The notes under the pieces: generated by a model | Told to the model about the DNA's origin: nothing | The model's database searches: none | The model's input: only the letters and a program-made list of their open reading frames with translations | Made by a program: the position numbers and the translations under genes | Origin: Eledone cirrhosa | Taxonomy: Eukaryota | Assembly (NCBI GenBank): GCA_964016885.1 | Contig: OZ024757.1 | Coordinates: forward strand, 10,540,001-10,604,000 | Length of the DNA: 64,000 nucleotides | Direction of reading: 5' to 3' | Shown: piece after piece, positions 11,446-23,073 of the stretch | How the letters are laid out: the number at the start of each line of letters is the position of its first letter | How positions within the stretch are numbered: the first letter of the stretch is position 1

Positions 11446-11650
11446 TACCATAAAGGCATAGAAAGAAGGGACAAATACAAAGGGGGAGTTTACATATAAT
11501 CGAGTAAAAAGGGTGTAACATGAAAATAATCGAAAATAACCTCAAAAGGGAGGGGACGTGATGGGGGTTGCACACACCCCCGAAAAAGTGTGCAATCCTT
11601 TGCCCGGGGAGCACATGGAGAAGGTGCTCCCCTCTCCTTTACTTCTTTAC

Positions 11651-14600
11651 CTACAGGATGGTATACAGAGAAGGCCCATTTACACGAGCCATTCTCGCCA
11701 CTATCACCCACCTTTCATAAAACTGCCTGTGGCCAAGCACCTCTCTCTCCATTCTTATCCTTCTTCCGAAGTGATATCGGAAGAAGTAGACCAGACTATG
11801 GCCAGAGAGGAAGTTGCCTGACCTCAGACCTTTCAATCGTGTCCACCAAACAACCTCTTTCAACATGGCTATTACGCACAGAAAAACCGCCTTTGCTTCC
11901 TTTGTGAAGAGGGGAGGCGGTTTGATTGTCATCACGGACTCGGCGGTCAATTTAATCGGCGCCACCCGCGACAGCAGTCGTTCGGCGTAGCCCCACAGAT
12001 CAGCCACGCCCGGACATTGCACCAATGCGTGCGCAACGGTTTCTTCGTGACCCACGCATCTAGGGCAAATCTTTTTTGAGGGATCCCTGCCCGGGCGCCC
12101 GTGTCTGTAGAGCCTCTCTCAAACGGGTAGAGCCCCTCGGTAGCACTGCCAGGCCAGTGACTTCTGGAAGTTGTCCATTGGTCCTGGGCCGAAAGTCCTA
12201 CCGAACAGGCTGGCCAGTTCGTCTTCTTCCATGTCCAGCGACTCTCCAAGGGTGTCATCGCCCCTGCTAGCCACCAGCCCTCTATAGAATGCTGATGTGG
12301 ATTCTCCACCGATGGCCCGGCCCGCTTGCCAGAGAGCCCTGAGCGCCTGAGCACACTCAGTGTGCCAGTCTCCCAGTTTTCCGGATCTTTGCTTGACCCA
12401 GGACTGTAGCTCGGTGAGCGAGACGAGTCTCGGAAAGGCTCGTTTCACGAACGGAGCCGACACCGGTTGACCAGTGAGGAATACCTGTAGGTGCCGTAGC
12501 CTTAATGCGTGCCTACGCATCATCAACCACGGCATCCCCAGCCCTCCTTTCGAAGGTTGTTGGCAGCAGATGGATCTTCTCACCATAGGAGGACGCTTCT
12601 TCCAAAGAAATTGGAAGAGCATGCGTTCCATGGTGGTGAGTGTTTCCTTAGGGCAAGGCACGACAGTCAGGCGGTAGTAAGTGACGGACGCTATGTAAAT
12701 GTTCGCCACCTCCGCCCGGCCTTTTAGGGACAGCTTACACTTGGCCCATTTCTGGGTTAGTGCAAACACCTTGTTCGTAACCTCGTTCCAGTTCTTTTCC
12801 ACCTGGAGGTCCGGTCCAAACCAGACCCCAAGCAACTTTACCGGGCCCTCCGTCCAGTGTCCGACGACACCGTCAGGAGGCATCGGTCTGCCTCTCCACG
12901 TTCCGAGTTGCAGCCCGATGGATTTTTCCCGGTTCAGTTTCGCTCCTGACAACTTTTCGTACTCCTCCAGTAAGGTACCGATCGCCTCGATCTCCGAGTC
13001 GGTTGATACCATTACTGTTACGTCATCGGCGTAGGCCGACACCGCTTTGCTCAATCTTGGTTCCAGGGGGATACCCTGCAACAACTCCAACTTCCTCAGT
13101 AAAGGCTCGAGAGTCAATACGTACAGAAGGGAGGAGAGAGGGCACCCCTGTCGAATGGATCGTGTGATTTCGAACGGCTTCGAAAGGTAGCCGTTCACCT
13201 TGATCCTAGAACAGATGTGGTTGCTATGTAGGGCAGTGATCCAGCCTCTGAAAACAGGACCGAACCCAGCCGCCACTAGCACCGCATCCAGGTAACCATG
13301 GTCGACCCTATCGAAGGCCTTAGACTGATCTAAGTTGATCAGGGCCCCACCGAAGCCGGGTTTGTTGCCAACCCTCTCTATGATGTATCGCATGAGGTGG
13401 AGGTTATCGTGAATGGACCTGGATGGGATAGCACATGTCTGCGCATCTCTCACGAGGCCACCCACGACAAGCGCCAACCTCTTTGCTAACACCTTTGCCA
13501 AAATCCTTAACTCTGTGTTTAGCAGGGTTATGGGCCGAAAATTATTTATATTATCCCCCTTGTTCTCGTCCTTCCTCACCATCGTGACTACGCCCTTGGC
13601 TACAGAACAAGGAATTCTCCCGTTCTGCTGCCAATTGCAGTAGACCGCTACGAGGAGTTCGGAGAAGAAGACCGGCATTGCTAAATAAAGTTCGTAAGGT
13701 ATACCATCGAGACCTGGAGATTTGCGTCTGCTGCATTGGCTCAGCGCATCTCCGATCTCATCAGCCGAGATTGGTCCCTCGCAGGACTCTGCCTCTTCGT
13801 TCGAGAGACGCGGCAGGCCGTCGAGGTATGGACCGAAATCCACGCCCCCGCCCGGACCCTCGCCTCCCCCGAACAATCGGGCAAAGTGCCTTTGAAAGGC
13901 CTCGCACATCTGCTTAGGCTCCCGGATCACCCGTCCATCTTCGTCTTGCAACGACCGGATGGTGGATCGATTTCCACTCTTAGCTTCTGTCACGCGGGCC
14001 CATCCAACGGCTTTGGCCCCCTCATTACCTAGAGCACGTATTTTACTTCGAATGACGCAGCCTTCGTGCTTTGCATCGAAAAACTGGTTCAAGGCCGTCC
14101 TCGATGCCAGCACTCTGGCCACATCTTCGCTCTTGATTGCCTCTTCTAATTTACCTGTTAATTCTTTCTCGTTTCTATTCCTATCGGCAGCTAACATCTT
14201 GCTATAACTTATTGATTCTGTTCTAATCTCTCTTTTGAGAGATGCCCACCATCGGTTGTTGACGATTGCACCCGTCAACCTCTCCTTAACTAATCTGCTA
14301 ATCCGGTTTCTGTAAGTCTCTTTTGCCGGTAAAGACAAATTAAGTTTCCAGTAACCGGGACCCTGTCTATGTGTTTTCTCGAGATTGACCACGCAGGTCA
14401 CTAATTTGTGATCCGTGTAGCCAACCGTGCGCATTTCTGGACAGCTTAATATGTCCCTATCCTTACTTCTAACTAAGAATCTATCTAAGTACGATCTAGA
14501 TTGACCACTGTGGTTTCTCCAAGTCCAGGTAGGCACAGTTGGAAAATCTAATCGATATCTATCGACCAAGTTAAAACGGTCGAGTAACCCCTTGAGGCTG

Positions 14601-15088
14601 TTACACCCCCCTCTATTAGGACATGCTCCTGCAGAGTCCCAACGTGCATCCAGGATGTCATTCCAATCCCCCGCTAGAAGCAGGGAACGCGACGTTCCCA
14701 GAAAAGTCTCCAAACGCTGGAAGAAGTTGGGCCGTTCAGCTCCGAAAGGGGAGTAGACGGCGACCAGTCTCAAGGCCGCACTTTCACTACTGCCAACGTC
14801 TAGCACCAACAAACGACCCTCCGGGTCCGAGTGCACAACCTGTACGGCAAGACCCAGGTGTTTTTGCAGCAGTACGACAACCCCACCCCCACCTCCAGGT
14901 TGACAGAGAGATGCATGCACCTCAAAGTCATCGAAGGTGGGGGCCAGCTGCCGCACGACGCTGATTCGAGTCTCACAGATAACCATTACATTTATACTAC
15001 ATGACCTGAGGTCATTTAGAAGCTTTGCTTGCTTCCAAGTTGAGCCCAGGCCACGTGCATTCAAACATCCTACTCTTAACACATCCAT
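11651..15088 (-). pseudogene. Tx1-type ORF2 (APE-RT-CCHC), truncated at 989 aa by a premature stop
   Basis: Collinear with the 1145-aa ORF2 of copy 2; CGA>TGA at 12119-12121 (plus 12121 A vs 17961 G); the same frame continues to 11651. Confidence 0.92.
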
Positions 15089-15121
15089 GTGGGCGGCAGA
15101 GCCAAAGGAGAGTGTAGAGAC

Positions 15122-17022
15122 CTACCTTTCCGCTTCCCGGGGTTCGGGTTGCACGACTTCCATGGGGTCGGGGGTGTTGGGTGAAGGGGTGTCTTGTGGT
15201 GGTGTGGGGTCGTCAGTGTGTGGTGGGGTTGGGGTGTTTGGAGTTGTGTTGGGGAGGGGAAGGGGAGGGGGAAAGCTTTTTAGTAGGACGCGGTTTATGG
15301 GTTTGACAGAGGGTGGTCCTACGTCCTCCTTAAAATCCTTTTTTAGTTTTTGGTAGAGGTTCATTGGGATCTTTATTAGTTTTAAATGTGGGTAGTTTTC
15401 TGACGAAACAAAGTTTACACCTTTGGTTTGTACCGAAGGATTATTGTATATGAGCTCATTTAATTTATTATTGTTTCTGTTGATGTAAGTATAGTGTAAT
15501 GTCTTTTTTTCCGATGGTGTGAGTGTTTCGAAGAGGAGAGGGGCAGGTTTGGTTTTGTTTGTTGCTGGAGGGGTGTTTTCTGTTTTGTTGGATTGTGTTG
15601 AGATTTGGGTGGGGGTTGTTTGTCCTTGTGTGTTTTGCACATGTTTTCTTTTTTTCCTTTTAATCTGTCTGAAGGACTCCGTTTCTTCCTCCGAATTCGT
15701 TGGGTTATCTTCAGTGTTGGAGGGAAGAGGTATGTTTGCTGGTAATGTTTCCGTGTTGGTTTTCTTTGTGGGGGAGATGGATGTCACTATGTTAGACTGT
15801 GTTGTGTGTTGTGTCTGCGGTGGTTGTGTTGTTTTATTGAGTGAGAGGTTGGGTGGGCCTGTATTTTGTTTTGGGGTAATGTGTTGTGACTGTTTGTGTT
15901 GTGGTGGTGTTGTGGTTTTACTGAGGGACGGGTTGGGTGGGACTGAGTTTTGTTGTTTGTTTATCTGTTGTGGTGGTGGTGGTGGAGCTGGTGTTGGTAG
16001 CAGGGTTTTCTTTTTGTTGAGTTGGGGACAAGCGGCCTTCAGGTGCCCTCTGCCTGCACAGATATGGCAGGACGGCCTTCTCCCCTCCACGCTAATGTTT
16101 ATATACCCGTGGTCCTCTAATAGGATTCTGTCGTGTATTTGGGCGATGCGTTCAGGCTTCATTTGTACTACCAGCTCTATACCTGTTCCACTGAACGCAT
16201 TGCCTGTGGTTTTCCCAATGGAAATCACGTTGTCATTCCCTGGATCGATGAAGCCAGCTATGAGCCAGCAGTAGTCCACACCTGGCATCATTGCATCCAG
16301 CCATATGCGTTGAGTTCTTTTCCCCATATAAGATGGATAAAAGGTGAAATTTTTCGAACGTATCGGTGACAAAGCACATTTTTTTGCCGCTGATTCGTTC
16401 TTCATGATAATTGCTAGGCTTCCATACAGTCTGTCTTTTCTTATGAAAGTGGTTTCATTAAGTACTTCTGTGAGTACTGTTTTGATATCTGCTTGAGAAG
16501 GCTGTTCAGGTTTTTTTGTACTGTTGTTGATGGTCCGAAACTTGACCGTTCGGCTTTCAATGTCTTTCGTGAATTCTTGAGGCATTTTTACCGATAAAAT
16601 ACCATTCTCTCCTTCACGTATGTATTGTTTGGCGTCCGTGATCCTTCGTACCACATCTGAAATGTTTTCCGCTATATAAGTCAAAGATTTCTTGTTTTCT
16701 GTGCAAATGAAATCTTGTCGTCTGCTTTGTTTTCTGATATGGTGTTATTTTCAACTGTTATTTTTGTGTTTGTTGTGTCTTTGTTTGTGTTATTAGTATT
16801 GTCATGCAATTTTTCAAATTTTTTTTTTTCGTTGTTGGAATCCAAGTCCAGATTTGTGTTTTCGTCATTTAATTTTTTCTCCGCAGATTCGTCTGTTTTT
16901 ATTTTAATTTTTTCTTCCTTCTCTATGACGTTAGTTGGGAAGGAAGGGAGGACTAAAGCGTGCGAGCTTACAACTCTTACCGCTGTCCCCCCACCACTAT
17001 TTTCGTTCGCTGCGTTTAACAT
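15122..17022 (-). pseudogene. Tx1-type ORF1 (CCHC zinc knuckle), frameshifted
   Basis: ORFs 16681-17022 and 15122-16684 together equal copy-2 ORF1; one T is missing at ~16692 (CTTG vs CTTTG). Confidence 0.88.
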
Positions 17023-17253
17023 TTCTGTTAGACGATTGAAATTTTTTACACAAAATTTTTTAAAACAGGTTTTTCACCTCTAGGAGGGGTAAAGATGAGC
17101 TGACCCACCGCCTGACAGTTCAGACGGAGGGTCAAGCTACACAATTGTATCAAAATTAAGTTTGAACTCACAAAATTTCCTCAATAAATTTGAACAAAAC
17201 TTCTGTGCGAAGTGAATGACATCCACACTGTAGAACAGACTACAGCTAGTTTT

Positions 17254-17275
17254 GTGTGTGTGATAGATAGATAGA
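17254..17275. repeat. Target-site duplication copy 2 (between the two LINEs)
   Basis: GTGTGTGTGATAGATAGATAGA at the head-to-tail junction. Confidence 0.85.
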
Positions 17276-17490
17276 TTTCTTTATTTACCATAAAGGCATA
17301 AAAAGAAGGGACAAATACAAAGGGGGAGTTTACATATAATCGAGTAAAAAGGGTGTAACATGAAAATAATCGAAAATAACCTCAAAAGGGAGGGGACGTG
17401 ATGGGGGTTGCACACACCCCCGAAAAAGTGTGCAATCCTTTGCCCGGGGAGCACATGGAGAAGGTGCTCCCCTCTCCTTTACTTCTTTAC

Positions 17491-20400
17491 CTACAGGATG
17501 GTATACAGAGAAGGCCCATTTACACGAGCCATTCTCGCCACTATCACCCACCTTTCATAAAACTGCCTGTGGCCAAGCACCTCTCTCTCCATTCTTATCC
17601 TTCTTCCGAAGTGATATCGGAAGAAGTAGACCAGACTATGGCCAGAGAGGAAGTTGCCTGACCTCAGACCTTTCAATCGTGTCCACCAAACAACCTCTTT
17701 CAACATGGCTATTACGCACAGAAAAACCGCCTTTGCTTCCTTTGTGAAGAGGGGAGGCGGTTTGATTGTCATCACGGACTCGGCTGTCAATTTAATCGGC
17801 GCCACCCGCGACAGCAGTTGTTCGGCGTAGCCCCACAGATCAGCCACGCCCGGACATTGCACCAATGCGTGCGCCACGGTTTCTTCGTGACGCACGCATC
17901 TAGGGCAAATCTTTTTTGAGGGATCCCTGCCCGGGCGCCCGTGTCTGTAGAGCCTCTCTCGAACGGGTAGAGCCCCTCGGTAGCACTGCCAGGCCAGTGA
18001 CTTCTGGAAGTTGTCCATTGGTCCTGGGCCGAAAGTCCTACCGAACAGGCTGGCCAGTTCGTCTTCTTCCATGTCCAGCGACTCTCCAAGGGTGTCATCG
18101 CCCCTGCTAGCCACCAGCCCTCTATAGAATGATGAGGTGGATTCTCCACCGATGGCCCGGCCCGCTTGCCAGAGAGCCCTGAGCGCCTGAGCACACTCAG
18201 TGTGCCAGTCTCCCAGTTTTCCGGATCTTTGCTTGACCCAGGACTGTAGCTCGGTGAGTGAGACGAGTCTCGGAAAGGCTCGTTTCACGAACGGAGCCCA
18301 CACCGGTTGACCAGTGAGGAATACCTGTAGGTGCCGTAGCCTTAATGCGTGCCTACGCATCATCAACCACGGCATCCCCAGTCCTCCTTTCGAAGGTTGT
18401 TGGCAGCAGATGGATCTTCTCACCATAGGAGGACGCTTCTTCCAAAGAAATTGGAAGAGCATGCGTTCCATGGTGGTGAGTGTTTCCTTAGGGCAAGGCA
18501 CGACAGTCAGGCGGTAGTAAGTGACGGACGCTATGTAAATGTTCGCCACCTCCGCCCGGCCTTTTAGGGACAGCTTACACTTGGCCCATTTCTGGGTTAG
18601 TGCAAACACCTTGTTCGTAACCTCGTTCCAGTTCTTTTCCACCTGGAGGTCCGGTCCAAACCAGACCCCAAGCAACTTTACCGGGCCCTCCGTCCAGTGT
18701 CCGACGACACCATCGGGAGGCATCGGTCTGCCTCTCCACGTTCCGAGTTGCAGCCCGATGGATTTTTCCCGGTTCAGTTTCGCTCCTGACAACCTTTCGT
18801 ACTCCTCCAGTAAGGTACCGATCGCCTCGATCTCCGAGTCGGTTGATACCATTACTGTTACGTCATCGGCGTAGGCCGACACCGCTTTGCTCAATCCTGG
18901 TTCCAGGGGGATACCCTGCAACAACTCCAACTTCCTCAGTAAAGGCTCGAGAGTCAATACGTACAGAAGGGAGGAGAGAGGGCACCCCTGTCGAATGGAT
19001 CGTGTGATTTCGAACGGCTTCGAAAGGTAGCCGTTCACCTTGATCCTAGAACAGATGTGGTTGCTATGTAGGGCAGTGATCCAGCCTCTGAAAACAGGAC
19101 CGAACCCAGCCGCCGCTAGCACCGCATCCAGGTAACCATGGTCGACCCTATCGAAGGCCTTAGACTGATCCAAGTTGATCAGGGCCCCACCGAAGCCGGG
19201 TTTGTTGCCAACCCTCTCTATGATGTATCGCATGAGGTGGAGGTTATCGTGAATGGACCTGGATGGGATAGCACATGTCTGCGCATCTCCCACCAGGCCA
19301 CCCACGACAAGCGCCAACCTCTTTGCTAACACCTTGGCCAAAATCTTTAACTCTGTGTTTAGCAGGGTTATGGGCCGAAAATTATTTATACTATCCCCCT
19401 TTTTCTCGTCCTTCCTCACCAGCGTGACTACGCCCTTGGCTACAGAACAAGGAATTCTCCCGTTCTGCTGCCAATTGCAGTAGACCGCTTCGAGGAGTTC
19501 GGAGAAGAAGACCGGCATTGCTAAATAAAGTTCGTAAGGTATACCATCGAGACCTGGAGATTTGCGTCTGCTGCATTGGCTCAGCGCATCTCCGATCTCA
19601 TCAGCCGAGATTGGTCCCTCGCAGGACTCCGCCTCTTTGTTCGAGAGACGCGGCAGGCCGTCGAGGTATGGACCGAAATTCACGCCCCGGCCCGGACCCT
19701 CGCCTCCCCCGAACAATCGGGCAAAGTGCTTTTGAAAGGCCTCGCACATCTGCTTAGGCTCCCGGATCACTCGTCCATCTTCGTCTTGCAACGACCGGAT
19801 GGTAGATCGATTTCCACTTTTAGCTTCTGTCACGCGGGCCCATCCAACGGCTTTGGCCCCCTCATTACCTAGAGCACGTATTTTACTTCGAATGACGCAG
19901 CCTTCATGCTTTGCATCGAAAAACTGGTTCAAGGCCGTCCTCGATGCCAGCACTCTGGCCACATCTTCGCTCTTGATTGCCTCTTCTAATTTACCTGTTA
20001 ATTCTTTCTCGTTTCTATTCCTATTGGCAGCTAACATCTTGCTATAGCTTATTGATTCTGTTCTAATCTCTCTTTTGAGAGATGCCCACCATCGGTTGTT
20101 GACGATTGCACCCGTCAACCTCTCCTTAACTAATCTGCTAATCCGGTTTCTGTAAGTCTCTTTTGCCGGTAAAGACAAATTAAGTTTCCAGTAACCGGGA
20201 CCCTGTCTATGTGTTTTCTCGAGATTGACCACGCAGGTCACTAATTTGTGATCCGTGTAGCCAACCGTGCGCATTTCTGGACAGCTTAATATGTCCCTAT
20301 CCTTACTTCTAACTAAGAATCTATCTAAGTACGATCTAGATTGACCACTGTGGTTTCTCCAAGTCCAGGTAGGCACAGTTGGAAAATCTAGTCGATATCT

Positions 20401-20928
20401 ATCGACCAAGTTAAAACGGTCGAGTAACCCCTTGAGGCTGTTACACCCCCCTCTATTAGGACATGCTCCTGCATAGTCCCAACGTGCATCTAGGATGTCA
20501 TTCCAATCCCCCGCTAGAAGCAGGGAACGCGACGTTCCCAGAAAAGTCTCCAAACGCTGGAAGAAGTCGGGCCGTTCAGCTCCGAAAGGGGAGTAGACGG
20601 CGACCAGTCTCAAGGCCGCACTTTCACTACTGCCAACGTCTAGCACCAACAAACGACCCTCCGGGTCCGAGTGCACAACCTGTACGGCAAGACCCAGGTG
20701 TTTTTGCAGCAGCACGACAACCCCACCCCCACCTCCAGGTTGACAGAGAGATGCATGCACCTCAAAGTCATCGAAGGTGGGGGCCAGCTGCCGCATGACG
20801 CTGATTCGAGTCTCACAGATAACCATTACATTTATACTACATGACCTGAGGTCATTTAGAAGCTTTGCTTGCTTCCAAGTTGAGCCCAGGCCACGTGCAT
20901 TCAAACATCCTACTCTTAACACATCCAT
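17491..20928 (-). CDS. LINE ORF2p: apurinic-like endonuclease + reverse transcriptase + C-terminal CCHC
   Basis: APE motifs LNARG, ICET, VYSP, GDWN, SYLDRF, TDH; L1/Tx1 linker GPGYWKLN; RT motifs KSPGLDG, FRPITLLN, LDQSKAFDRV, RQGCPLS, AYADD; GGLG; CPRC..ETVAHALVQC. Confidence 0.96.
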   Translation of the reverse strand: MDVLRVGCLNARGLGSTWKQAKLLNDLRSCSINVMVICETRISVMRQLAPTFDDFEVHASLCQPGGGGGVVVLLQKHLGLAVQVVHSDPEGRLLVLDVGSSESAALRLVAVYSPFGAERPDFFQRLETFLGTSRSLLLAGDWNDILDARWDYAGACPNRGGCNSLKGLLDRFNLVDRYRLDFPTVPTWTWRNHSGQSRSYLDRFLVRSKDRDILSCPEMRTVGYTDHKLVTCVVNLEKTHRQGPGYWKLNLSLPAKETYRNRISRLVKERLTGAIVNNRWWASLKREIRTESISYSKMLAANRNRNEKELTGKLEEAIKSEDVARVLASRTALNQFFDAKHEGCVIRSKIRALGNEGAKAVGWARVTEAKSGNRSTIRSLQDEDGRVIREPKQMCEAFQKHFARLFGGGEGPGRGVNFGPYLDGLPRLSNKEAESCEGPISADEIGDALSQCSRRKSPGLDGIPYELYLAMPVFFSELLEAVYCNWQQNGRIPCSVAKGVVTLVRKDEKKGDSINNFRPITLLNTELKILAKVLAKRLALVVGGLVGDAQTCAIPSRSIHDNLHLMRYIIERVGNKPGFGGALINLDQSKAFDRVDHGYLDAVLAAAGFGPVFRGWITALHSNHICSRIKVNGYLSKPFEITRSIRQGCPLSSLLYVLTLEPLLRKLELLQGIPLEPGLSKAVSAYADDVTVMVSTDSEIEAIGTLLEEYERLSGAKLNREKSIGLQLGTWRGRPMPPDGVVGHWTEGPVKLLGVWFGPDLQVEKNWNEVTNKVFALTQKWAKCKLSLKGRAEVANIYIASVTYYRLTVVPCPKETLTTMERMLFQFLWKKRPPMVRRSICCQQPSKGGLGMPWLMMRRHALRLRHLQVFLTGQPVWAPFVKRAFPRLVSLTELQSWVKQRSGKLGDWHTECAQALRALWQAGRAIGGESTSSFYRGLVASRGDDTLGESLDMEEDELASLFGRTFGPGPMDNFQKSLAWQCYRGALPVRERLYRHGRPGRDPSKKICPRCVRHEETVAHALVQCPGVADLWGYAEQLLSRVAPIKLTAESVMTIKPPPLFTKEAKAVFLCVIAMLKEVVWWTRLKGLRSGNFLSGHSLVYFFRYHFGRRIRMEREVLGHRQFYERWVIVARMARVNGPSLYTIL

Positions 20929-20961
20929 GTGGGCGGCAGAGCCAAAGGAGAGTGTAGAGAC

Positions 20962-22842
20962 CTACCTTTCCGCTTCCCGGGGTTCGGGTTGCACGACTTC
21001 CATGGGGTCGGGGGTGTTGGGTGAAGGGGTGTCTTGTGGTGGTGTGGGGTCGTCGGTGTGTGGTGGGGTTGGGGTGTTTGGAGTTGTGTTGGGGAGGGGA
21101 AGGGGAGGGGGAAAGCTTTTTAGTAGGACGCGGTTTATGGGTTTGACAGAGGGTGGTCCTACGTCCTCCTTAAAATCCTTTTTTAGTTTTTGGTAGAGGT
21201 TCATTGGGATTTTTATTAGTTTTAAATGTGGGTGGTTTTCTGAAGAAACAAAGTTTACACCTTCGGTTTGTACCGAAGGATTATTGTATATGAGTTCATT
21301 TAATTTATTATTGTTTCTGTTGATGTAAGTATAGTGTAGTGTCTTTTTTTCCGATGGTGTGAGTGTTTCGAAGAGGGGAGGGGCAGGTTTGGTTTTGTTT
21401 GTTGCTGGAGGGGTGTTTTCTGTTTTGTTAGATTGTGTTGCGATTTGGGTGGGGGTTGTTTGTCCTTGTGTGTTTTGCACATGTTTTCTTTTTTTCCTTT
21501 TAATCTGTCTGAAGGACTCCGTTTCTTCCTCCGAATTCGTTGGGTTATCTTCAGTGTTGGAGGGAAGAGGTATGTTTGCTGGTAATGTTTCCGTGTTGGT
21601 TTTCTTTGTGGGGGAGATGGATGTCACTATGTTAGACTGTGTTGTGTGTTGTGTCTGCGGTGGTTGTGTTGTTTTATTGAGTGAGAGGTTGGGTGGGCCT
21701 GTATTTTGTTTTGGGGTAATGTGTTGTGACTGTTTGTGTTGTGGTGGTGTTGTGGTGTTACTGAGGGACGGGTTGGGTGGGACTGAGTTTTGTTGTTTGT
21801 TTATCTGTTGTGGTGGTGGTGGTGGAGCTGGTGTTGGTAGCAGGGTTTTCTTTTTGTTGAGTTGGGGACAAGCGGCCTTCAGGTGCCCTCTGCCTGCACA
21901 GATATGGCAGGACGGCCTTCTCCCCTCCACGCTAATGTTTATATACCCGTGGTCCTCTAATAGGATTCTGTCGGGTATTTGGGCGATGCGTTCAGGCTTC
22001 ATTTGTACTACCAGCTCTATACCTGTTCCACTGAACGCATTGCCTGTGGTTTTCCCAATGGAAATCACGTTGTCATTCACTGGATCGATGAAGCCAGCTA
22101 TGAGCCAGCAGTAGTCCACATCTGGCATCATTGCATCCAGCCATATGCGTTGAGTTTTTTTTCCCATATAAGATGGATAAAAGGTGAAATTTTTCGAACG
22201 AATCGGTGACAAAGCACATTTTTTTGCCGCCGATTCGTTCTTCATGATAATTGCTAGGCTTCCATACAGTCTGTCTTTTCTTATGAAAGTTGTTTCATTC
22301 AGTACTTCTGCGAGTACTGTTTTGATATCTGCTTGAGAAGGCTGTTCAGGTTTTTTTGTACTGTTGTTGATGGTCCGAAACTTGACCGTTCGGCTTTCAA
22401 TGTCTTTCGTGAATTCTTGAGGCATTTTTACCAATAAAATACCATTCTCACCTTCACTTATGTATTGTTTTGCGTCCGTGATCCTTCGTACCACATCTGA
22501 AATGTTTTCCGCTATATAAGTCAAAGATTTCTTTGTTTTCTGTGCAAAAGAAATCTTGTCGTCTGCTTTGTTTTCTGATATTATGTTATTTTCAACTGTT
22601 ATTTTTTTGTTTGTTGTGTCTTTGTTTGTGTTATTAGTATTGTCATGCAATTTTTCAAATTTTTTTTTTTCGTTGTTTTCGTCATTTAATTTTTTTCCCT
22701 CCGCAGATTCGTCCGTTTTTATTTTCATTTTTCCTTCCTTCTCTATGACGTTAGTTGGGAAGGAAGGGAGGACTAAAGCGTGCGAGCTTACAACTCTTAC
22801 CGCTGTCCCCCCACCACTATTTTCGTTCGCTGCGTTTAACAT
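20962..22842 (-). CDS. LINE ORF1p (nucleic-acid binding, single CCHC knuckle, long P/T/Q/N low-complexity C-half)
   Basis: ATG at 22842; CHICAGRGHLKAAC = CX2CX4HX4C; lies directly upstream of ORF2 as in Tx1 elements. Confidence 0.9.
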   Translation of the reverse strand: MLNAANENSGGGTAVRVVSSHALVLPSFPTNVIEKEGKMKIKTDESAEGKKLNDENNEKKKFEKLHDNTNNTNKDTTNKKITVENNIISENKADDKISFAQKTKKSLTYIAENISDVVRRITDAKQYISEGENGILLVKMPQEFTKDIESRTVKFRTINNSTKKPEQPSQADIKTVLAEVLNETTFIRKDRLYGSLAIIMKNESAAKKCALSPIRSKNFTFYPSYMGKKTQRIWLDAMMPDVDYCWLIAGFIDPVNDNVISIGKTTGNAFSGTGIELVVQMKPERIAQIPDRILLEDHGYINISVEGRRPSCHICAGRGHLKAACPQLNKKKTLLPTPAPPPPPQQINKQQNSVPPNPSLSNTTTPPQHKQSQHITPKQNTGPPNLSLNKTTQPPQTQHTTQSNIVTSISPTKKTNTETLPANIPLPSNTEDNPTNSEEETESFRQIKRKKRKHVQNTQGQTTPTQIATQSNKTENTPPATNKTKPAPPLFETLTPSEKKTLHYTYINRNNNKLNELIYNNPSVQTEGVNFVSSENHPHLKLIKIPMNLYQKLKKDFKEDVGPPSVKPINRVLLKSFPPPLPLPNTTPNTPTPPHTDDPTPPQDTPSPNTPDPMEVVQPEPREAER

Positions 22843-23073
22843 TTCTGTTAGACGATTGAAATTTTTTACACAAAATTTTTTAAAACAGGTTTTTCACCTC
22901 TAGGAGGGGTAAAGATGAGCTGACCCACCGCCTGACAGTTCAGACGGAGGGTCAAGCTACACAATTGTATCAAAATTAAGTTTGAACTCACAAAATTTCC
23001 TCAATAAATTTGAACAAAACTTCTGTGCGAAGTGAATGACATCCACACTGTAGAACAGACGACAGCTAGATTG

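Larger units (their letters stand above)
11436..17253 (-). mobile_element. Full-length Tx1-clade (L1 group) non-LTR retrotransposon, copy 1 (disrupted)
   Basis: 5'UTR-ORF1-ORF2-3'UTR ending AATAAAGAAA; near-identical to copy 2; ORF1 frameshift at ~16692 and ORF2 nonsense codon at 12119-12121. Confidence 0.93.
17276..23073 (-). mobile_element. Full-length Tx1-clade non-LTR retrotransposon, copy 2 (both ORFs intact)
   Basis: ~230-bp 5'UTR, 626-aa ORF1, 33-nt spacer, 1145-aa ORF2, ~215-bp 3'UTR with terminal AATAAA, flanked by the 22-bp TSD. Confidence 0.95.

Noticed and set aside
11490-22903. Short ORFs antisense or out of frame within the LINEs (e.g. 251-aa C/V/G-rich ORFs)
   Set aside because: Shadows of ORF1/ORF2; duplicated only because the element is duplicated.
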